Below, piece by piece: positions 1 through 8,700 of a DNA stretch of 64,000 nt. Positions within the stretch are counted from its first letter, which is position 1; each line of letters opens with the position of its first letter. The stretch is from Psammoneis japonica (Eukaryota): the NCBI GenBank assembly GCA_008632985.1, contig QPGO01000139.1:124001-188000 (forward strand). The letters are read 5' to 3'. The notes under the pieces were generated by a model. That model worked only from the letters and a program-made list of their open reading frames with translations, was not told the origin of the DNA and did not search any database. A program made the position numbers and the translations under genes.

Positions 1-472
1 TCCCATCTGTGCTGGGAGCCAAAAATGTGGAGGTGCCTTGAGTGTTTTGTCGTCTTTCTTCAATGGGGTCCCATCATCTGTGGGAACTCCAAATGTGGAG
101 GTGTGCTTTGAGTGCCTTGTTTCCCTTCAACAGGTTCCCATCTCTGTGGGAACCCACAATGTGGAGGTGCCTTGATTGAATTGTCTCCCTTTGACAGGCT
201 CCCATCTGAGGGAACCCAAACCCTGGAAGTGCCCTGCCCCCCCTTCAATGGGTTCCCATGTGAGGGAACCCAAAATGTGGAGGTGCCTTGAGTGCCTTGT
301 TGCCCTTTGACAGTTTCCCATTTGAGGGAACCCAAAGTGTTGAGATGCCTCAAGTGCCTTGTCTCCCTTTGACATGGTCCCATCTGTGGGGACCCAAAAT
401 GTGGAGGTGCCTTGAGTGCCTTGTCTCCCTTCAATGGGTTCATGTTTGAGGGAACCCAAAATGTGGAAGTGC
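1..472. repeat. Tandem satellite/minisatellite, ~62 bp unit, ~7-8 diverged copies (runs off the window start)
   Basis: Recurring unit GGGAACCCAAAATGTGGAGGTGCCTTGAGTGCCTTGTCTCCCTTTGACAGGTTCCCATCTGT starting near 15, 81, 148, 210, 265, 326, 388 and 450. No TpA seen in the array. Confidence 0.9.
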
Positions 473-1699
473 TTTTTTGAACAATTTATCATGTGGAATT
501 GTTCTGCAGGAGTTTGTGTGTTGAACACAGAATTTCAGTGACAATGTGGAGTTGATGTGTGCCAAGATGAGCTCACTTCTTGAAAACAGCAGCACAATGT
601 TGCAGCTTTTCTTTTAGTCTGTTCCCCCCAGTGCATGCCTTCACAGGGTATTTTGTTCACTTTGTCAGAGCCATTTGCCGCAAGTGGTGACAATGGCATC
701 AATGATTTCACTTGTGATTGCTTTGCAGCAACAGCTTTCATTCCACAGAGTCAGGGATGATGCACAAACATCTGCAAGCACAAGATGGTGCTCGTGCTTC
801 ATGAGTTGGTTGCTCCCAGACATAGTTTGACTGCAACACTTGTTGACAACTGCAGTGTCAAACACCATTCTGATGTGTCACATGGTGAACATGTGCAGAC
901 ACAGAGCACAACCCATGGATTTGGGGTGCCATTTTTACTCCGAAGTTGTCTCGGAGGCAACGCGTGAGTGATTTGAAATCGCTGGGTGACAATGTCATGT
1001 GTGGACTCAAATGTGACATGATGTCAGTTTCAGTCACTAAAATCATGTGTCATGTTCAGACACACTCACAAGTGGAACACAGTGAAAAGCAAGTGATCAT
1101 CTGGATCATGAGCTGCTCTCTCATGGTGGACTGAAAATGTGGCGAGGAACAAGGAAACCATCAGCGATTGGCGATTCATGTGCTGACGGCTGATGGTTTT
1201 CCTGTGCTGACCATTGATGACATCAGTTTGAAAAAGCTCTGCTCTCAAGCCACCCAGAAAAGATGGCAAAAGCCATCTGGCTTTTGACAAGATGAAGATG
1301 AAAGCGGAACATGGAGCCATGAGAATGTGATGGAGGATGGATGATGGGTCAGGGAAAAAGCACAGATGCAAAAACCTGACAGCAAAAAGAAAAGAAAAAG
1401 AAAAAAGGGGACAGTTCATTTTGAGCTTTGAATTGATTTTGGTGCCAACTCCATTTTGGATTGGGTGGAGAATGGTGCGGCATGGATTGTCGCATGGACA
1501 AAGGCTCACAGCCAAAGCCAATTGTCACATGTGTGCTTGCATGTCAGGAGAGCAGACAATCGGGCTTCGACAAGTGGATCTTGATGGACAGCATGAAACT
1601 GTGTGTTCACGTGACATGAGAATGACAGGCGGGACAGATTTTGGCTCGGTGCTTCATTTTGCAATGCTTGGACAGCAAAGACAAGATTTTCCAATCGTG

Positions 1700-3090
1700 A
1701 GATGACATGTGGTCATGTGTTTGCATGCCGTTGATGTGGTGGCAAAGTCAAATGGTCCATGAAGGAATGCATCTTGGTGATGAACACACACCCATTGGGA
1801 GAAGACAATGAGTCATTTGTCACATGCATGGCCAATTTCATTTGGGGAAGGTTTGAGCAGATGAAAGTCATTGTGAAGGACAAATCGTCCATTGAGCTCA
1901 CATGACATTCTTTCCAATGTCACTGATTTGGGGCATTGAATTGCACATCATGAGGGTGCCGTGCAAAAAAGTTGGTGCAGATCTTGCCACCAGAGAAGAC
2001 ATTGGGATTTTCTGCCATGGTTTGTTCAAGATTCACTTGAACGAGATTCCATTTGGTGCGAGTTGTGCCTGGTGCTCGACATGATGTGAAGAACAATTTG
2101 TGCTCACTCTGGATGATGCGAGCCATGAGCAGATTCAGATTTGGTGCCAAGTGGGATGGCTCATGGTTTTGCTGCACTGCAGGTGCTCCAATGTTGGGCT
2201 GAGGGCCAGTCAAGTTTGTGCTGTTGTTTGCACTTGATGTGTTGCCTTTGAGCACCTTGATGAATGCTTTGTTTGATGAGGGTTTAAGACAGTCCGTGAT
2301 CACTGGCAGGAATCCGTCTTTGGTGTGCACCCTGTCAAGTTCATTGTCAAGCTCAGCAAGAGCAGGAAATTGTGCAGCAGATTCAACACATGCCATGTTG
2401 GCCATTGATGGCAGAGATTGGGATGTCAGCACATTCTTCTGGCAATCAATGCTCCAGGTTCGGAGTGGCGCACAGGAGTCAATGCCGGCCTCCAAAAGTG
2501 GGTGTTTCTTGGTTCCTTGATTGATTTGCCACATGAATTGTCAGGTCCTGGGAGAGGTGGAAAAGGGATTAGTTCAGTGGGGCAGGGGGATGTGTGCAAA
2601 GCATGCCTTTTGTCTTCTGCATTCATCTTGCAGTTGTGGATGCGGTGCAAAGCTCCTGGCAGCTTCTCTCAATGATCTTCCATGGGCCTGCATGGCAACA
2701 CATTATTTTGTCAACTCGGTCACACTGAGCATCGGATTTGACCACTCTTTGGATGAAAACGAAGTCTCCGACAGAGCAGATGAGCGGTTCTGGTCGGTTG
2801 CCATTGACACATTTGCGATGCATTGCTCGATGCTCTTGGATGAGGACTCGAAATGCTTCCTGGCACTTTGGAAGTAAACGGCACAAGAGTTCGGCACAGT
2901 TTTCAACCAACTTTGCTGTCAGTTGCAGGTTGACATGGTTGGAGTTGGCGCAGTTGATTGGAAATCGACATTTGCGGCCGACGGCGATGAGAGATCGGCT
3001 GTGATCTGCACCCACGACTGGGGCAGAATTCCACGCATGCTTGCCCCATCCATGATTCAACGCTAGAGTTTCTCAAACACAACACCTAAT
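1700..3090 (-). mobile_element. Degenerate Ty3/Gypsy-like LTR retrotransposon remnant (integrase C-terminal region and downstream domain)
   Basis: Broken minus-strand ORFs (2623-3060, 2426-2650, 1920-2534) read AWNSAP...SRSLIAVGR..FPI, SVGDFVF, GPWKIIE and HALHTSPCPTELIPFPPLPGPD. These resemble the integrase tail of diatom Gypsy pol as I recall it. Frameshifted and TpA-depleted. Confidence 0.6.
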
Positions 3091-3454
3091 TCCAAATGCT
3101 CTTTCCAAATGAAGAGCAATGTTTCACCAGCGTGTGTCATCTGTAACAATGGCAAAGACAACGCCGTTGGGGCTCTTGGCGTCGCCGACCTGTGGTGCGT
3201 CATGGGGAAAAAATTTTGCGTGCGTCCAACCGCGCGAAAAAATCCGTTCTAATCCGTTGCGGTAAACAACAGCCACAAGGATTGTTGGTGTGCGCGTCGT
3301 GCGCTCAACTCATCGTGCATTCGTCACCATCCGTACCGTAGCCTACGCTGTACGCCTTGTGGTCGGTGGGTCATCATCATTTTCAAAAGGCTGTGAGACT
3401 GACCATATTATAGAGGACCAGCTTTGATTGTACTTGTTCCAAGTATCTCCTAAA

Positions 3455-3805
3455 ATGCCTTTTGTTCAAATTACCTGGCTTCCAAAAGCATGCCGAACAG
3501 CTGCCGTTCGAAAGGGAGTGGCCGACGCCGTCATCAAGGTGGGCAAAGAAGAAGAACCACTCACTCACATGATGTTACCTATTTGCTCATTCCCAACTCT
3601 CGCCTTTCTCATTTAATGCCATTCTTTTCAATTTATACAGGCCATGGTTTCGGTCGAAGGAGCCGATATTAGTCCCGACAACTTAGTGGTACGGTTTTCC
3701 GAGGCTGTTGACGGTTTCCCATTACCGGCCGGGCATAGCGAAAACCCCGCTTTGCAGGCCCCACAGAAACCTGGAGCCGAAGCCTTTTTGGCAGAGAAAA
3801 AGTAA
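3455..3805 (+). CDS. Small tautomerase-superfamily protein (4-oxalocrotonate tautomerase/MIF-like), 2 exons: 3455-3538, 3641-3805
   Basis: Splicing out the GT..AG intron 3539-3640 gives MPFVQITWLPKACRTAAVRKGVADAVIK/AMVSVEGADISPDNLVVRFSE...EKK*. Pro follows the initiator Met and the beta-alpha-beta pattern fits the family. Confidence 0.7.
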
Positions 3806-4168
3806 ACTAGTTGGCTATGCGACTAGTTTTAGCGTTGCTCGTTCCCACTGCTACAAATCAACAGAATGTGCATTGCTTTGGATGTAGGAGAGAGCGCTCG
3901 GCTATAGTCAGACAAGCTGTTGTACTGAGTCAATCATTGTTCCCCTTTCGGATGGTGTTTTGGTCGATGTGCGAAAAATAGTTCAGAGACACTATTCTTG
4001 AAAGTGCTGCCGTCTTTCCAGAGAGATGGGTCAGTAGCAAAGCACAACGGATGCAGAAGCAAGTCGTCTAGATTTTCTGCACAACTAAACGACCAAAGCT
4101 CGAAGGGCAGGTTCTTTCATCCATTGATCAACATTGCAAAGAGAGAAGATATAGTCTCGTCTGGGATG

Positions 4169-5249
4169 TTAGTCGTTGCGAAAACGTTTGCTTCCAGCCT
4201 TGTCCAAAATAATATCAGAATCGGCTGGTGGCGCACTGTCGAGAGAATTCGTTTCTTCAAGTTGTTCTCGCTCCATTCGTCGTTCATCCCGAAAGATTGC
4301 CGGTAATTGTATTGCATACGCGGCATATACCAGAGAAACGAGTTCCAACCCAATCGCAGACAGCTCTAGTGGACCAAACGACTCCACGTCCGTTGCTCGC
4401 TGAAACAAGAGTGCCACATAATGTCCAAACAAATCCAAGACCGTTTTCCCATACCCAATACCTTCTCCACCACCCTACTCGACTCCACGATTGACGACAC
4501 TGACCATGAGACAGAGAGCTGAACCCACACTCGACAGTGTTGCATAAATCAGCGCCTCGGATGCTTCTGCTGCCAACAACATGATGTATCCACGAATCCC
4601 CACCATGTACATGAAGCCCACCAACCCCACCACAAAATGTGAATTGACGGCAGCCCACGCCAAGTCACAATCTCGTTGCAACAAATCCCACACACTGTAC
4701 GCTGGTTGTATGACTGTTTCGGTCAATTGGTTCACGGCAACGGTGGCCCACATGACGGCCAACAATTCACTGCAAAAACTAATCAAAGTGACCATAATGT
4801 AGGCGCGTTTCAAATATGCAATGCGATGGAGCAGTTTGGGTTCATCTTGAACCGATGCTGGCAATGGAAAGGGAGCCAAAAAGACAATAGTAATCATACC
4901 AGCCACCAAGACTGTCAAGTAAACACAAAAATGGCAAGGTGCCAAATGAGATGCGATATTACTAGGTTGGGAACCAATGAGAAATTTGTGACTTACTACT
5001 TGCTGGAGTCTTCATGTTGTTAAAGAGAGCCGTGGCAGCCGGAGAGTAGTCAGCAAGACCATCTACTAGTAGTGGCGTCATAGTTCGTTGGGTACGGCTA
5101 CTGCTGGCCAGCTGCTTGGGTGACTGTGCGCTTGTTCTGTGACAAAGAACATTTTGGTAATTACGCAAAACAAACCCATGAGCCCCTTCCGAACAAAGAA
5201 GCGCTGCTACCAATAACGAGAGCAAAGAAACACAAAGACCTTGCTTCAT
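4169..5249 (-). CDS. Uncharacterised multi-pass membrane protein with signal peptide, probably plastid-targeted
   Basis: MKQGLCVSLLSLLVAALLCSEGAHG-FV looks like a signal peptide plus ASAF-like Phe. A probable intron lies near 4910-5000, followed by hydrophobic ORFs 4475-4945 and 4169-4438 with an apparent frameshift near 4480. The 3' end is uncertain. Confidence 0.6.
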
Positions 5250-5413
5250 TTCGCAGACATCAGAGCTAGCACTTGGGCCTTGCAACACTTATGCAGGGTT
5301 CTTGGCAGCAACAGGGTGAACTCTACGATGTGTTATTGGAAGATTTTTTGAAGATTGCGTTTGTTTCTTGAGATCTCGTGACAGAGACCTACCGGCACTG
5401 ACATTCTCCATAG

Positions 5414-5701
5414 ACTTGGGATACAACAATACACTGTGTAGGATGGAGAGTTCAGGACTCTCTTGAGGTTGTACAATACAACAGAGGATGATAAGAAGTA
5501 GGTTTGGGACAATAAGATACGCTAAAGATACGAATTGTGAGAAGATCTCACGAGGGATTGGAGATGACATTATGACCTAACGGTCGTGTGTGTCACTCCG
5601 ATTACTATCGCTAGAAGACTCAACGGACATTTCTTCCGGAAGAAGAGATCCATGACCGGAAGCGTCATCCGTGAATCAGATTCGGTTGTTGACTCGTGAC
5701 T
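5414..5701 (-). repeat. 3' LTR of the Copia element
   Basis: 283/288 identical to 12399-12686. Preceded on the minus strand by the polypurine tract TTGAGAGGGAG (5702-5712). Confidence 0.95.
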
Positions 5702-5737
5702 CTCCCTCTCAACCGAAAAGAGAAGGAGAACTATCAG

Positions 5738-8700
5738 TCACCAGCCCATGAGGGCTTTGCGACCAGTACGGAATAGATCAACAGTCAATCCTTTAGTAAA
5801 CTGGTCAGCAAGCTGTGCAGCTGAGCTCACAGGCTCAATTTTGATCTCCAAAGCCTCAACTTTAGTACGAAACCAATGGCAGGGAATGCCGATGTGCTTG
5901 GTTCGTGGGGATAATTTTGGCATGCGGGCGAATTGGAGGCAGGCAGCATTATCTTCGTACACAACGGATGCTGGGAGGTTAGTAGAGTCAATGGGAGAAT
6001 CCTCAGTTCCGTCGTTGGCGTGTCGGAAAGCCTTCGAATGTGTCGAAATGTCGGTCTGTCTGTCCGGCTGTCCGAAAACGAGCGCGTTGATTTCCTTCAC
6101 GATCTCGCGAAGGGGGATGAGATCACGCATCGCTTGGGAGAGGGCGACATACTCGGCTTCCATGGTAGAGAGTGCGACGAGGGTCTGTAACTTGGACACC
6201 CAGACAATCGGACATCCAGCACAATAAATGACATGTCCCGCACGTGACTTGACAGACGTGGGATCTTGTCCATCTTCAACACTGAAGAGTCCCGCGAAAT
6301 CAGCATCAACATAGCAGTCGAGTCGTTGATCGGCGGTTGGAGTTAGGATAAGTCCTTTGTCGGCCGCATCCTTCAGGTGACGAAGAATGCGCTTAATGGC
6401 CGCAGCGTGGGAGGCCTTGGGTGCGCAGGAGAACCGCGCGACTTGATGGGTCGCGCAAGCAATGTCCGGGCGGCTGTTGGACGCTAGACACATCAGCATG
6501 CCGACCACGGAACGGCAGTCATAAGGCTCTTCGAACGGTGGCCCTTCGGCATCGCTGCCAGCAGGAGTGGGCAAGGCAGGAGTGGGTGCGCCGTTGCACT
6601 CAGTCATCTGTGCGGTGCGGAGAACTTTCTCAATTGGGCCGGGTTGGGTCAGGAGGAATCGGCCATCTTCGAGCTTTTGAATCTTGACACCTAGAAAGTT
6701 ACCGACTTCGCCTTCATCACGTAGATCAAAGACATGGCGTTGCTCATCGTCAGAAATGCCCAACTTGGCAATCTCTGCTTCCAAGGCTTGGGCCGATGCG
6801 CCGGCGAACACGGCATCATCAACATGCACCACACACAACATGCCCTTTTTGAAATAAAGACAAGGGTCAATGGCGGATTGAATCCATCCTCTTTCGAGCA
6901 ATCCGTCCCTCAGCTTTTCACAGAAGCACTTGGGAGACTGGCGTAGGCCGTGTGGGCCTTTCAATAATTTCAGCACCAGATCGGCGCCCGATTTTGGTTG
7001 GAAACCCTTGGGAGGCTCTACATGGACCTTCTCCTTGACATCAGCTTGGCAGAAGGCTGTAGTGTAGTCCACTTGACGTGCAGTCCAACCTTCCTTGAGT
7101 GCCGTGGTGAGGAGAAGGCGCATGGACGACCATTGCACTGCCGGCGCGCAGGTCTCGAAAAAATCGATCCCGTGTTTCTGCAAATCGCCGCGAACGCAAT
7201 GTCGTGCCTTGCACTTCAAGGGCGCACCATCCGGGAGTCGTTTGAGTTTGAAAGCCCATGTGCCGGGTAGTGCATTCATGTCTGCCGTTCTTTGCACCAT
7301 TTCCCATGCACGTTGGTGGAGCAGCGCGTTGGTTTCAATTTTCACAGCCTTGGCCCACTCTTCGGATTCATCGCTGCGCATGGCCTCGTGCAAAGAAGGC
7401 ACATCGGGATCTTTTTGCTTTTTAGCAGTTGCACACACCNNNNNNNNNNNNNNNNNNNNNNNNNNNNNNNNNNNNNNNNNNNNNNNNNNNNNNNNNNNNN
7501 NNNNNNNNNNNNNNNNNNNNNNNNNNNNNNNNNNNNNNNNNNNNNNNNNNNNNNNNNNNNNNNNNNNNNNNNNNNNNNNNNNNNNNNNNNNNNNNNNNNN
7601 NNNNNNNNNNNNNNNNNNNNNTGTGGCTCCCTCTGAAACCCTTGCAGGAGAAGGTGCCAGGATCGTCGGAGGCGTCGGCGGAGCCGGTGGCGGAGGTTCA
7701 GGAGCGGCAACGGCAGGGGGCGTTTGTGCCTCTGGTGGCGGTTCGTCAGGTGCAGGGGCAGGAGCCACGACTGAAGGGTCATTGGGAGCAGCTGCAGGAA
7801 CGTCCGGAGGAGGTGGTTCGAAGGTGCTGCGTGTGCGGGAAGCCCATGCCAGCTCCCTCTGTTTACGTTGAAGTTCTTCCGGAGTCAACCAATCGTCTTG
7901 AAGATGAATCGACTGGTCTTTTTTGAGGGGCATCTGGACACTCTGGTCCAGGCATGACTCTTCCCAGTGGCTTGGCGGCTCACTCTCCCTCGCGATCGAA
8001 GAGACGGCAGCAAAGAGATCGTCAAACACGACATGGCACTGGGGAGTGACGCTTCCTGTCTGAAGATTAAGCACAAGGGGCACCTCGCTGGAGTGGATGC
8101 TGCTCAAGCCAAGGAAGAGACCACGACGAGTGCGGGGTTGCCAGCGGGGCAATTTCTTGCCTTCTTGAAGTTTCGGATCAAGGACATGGACCGGACAGCC
8201 CCAGACGTGGATGTCGCGAAGACGATGTCGGGGCACAGCAGTCCCGGTAAAAATGTCCGCGGGGCAGCAGCCTTGAGCGTTGGGAGTCACGCCACAAATG
8301 TGCGCGGCATGAGACACGGCCACAGGCCATAAAGAGCTGTCTGTGCCCCCCTTCCAACGGATGGATGCGTGGAGGAGCATCGCTCTCGCCATGTTGGAGA
8401 CGGAGCGAATGCCGCGTTCTGCGACGCCGTTCTGATGGTGGGCGTTGGTTCCGCAAAAACGCAGACGTTGTTCGTGCTGTCGNNNNNNNNNNNNNNNNNN
8501 NNNNNNNNNNNNNNNNNNNNNNNNNNNNNNNNNNNNNNNNNNNNNNNNNNNNNNNNNNNNNNNNNNNNNNNNNNNNNNNNNNNNNNNNNNNNNNNNNNNN
8601 NNNNNNNNNNNNNNNNNNNNNNNNNNNNNNNNNNNNNNNNNNNNNNNNNNNNNNNNNNNNNNNNNNNNNNNNNNNNNNNNNNNNNNNNNNNNNNNNNNNN

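Noticed and set aside
1..472. CRISPR-like array
   Set aside because: The whole unit is repeated with no unique spacers, the context is eukaryotic, and no cas genes are present.
5414..5701. Classical RIP (CpA->TpA) in the left LTR as the cause of the LTR differences
   Set aside because: Conserved protein motifs and block-wide TpA depletion polarise the change as loss of TA. RIP would enrich TpA and create stops.
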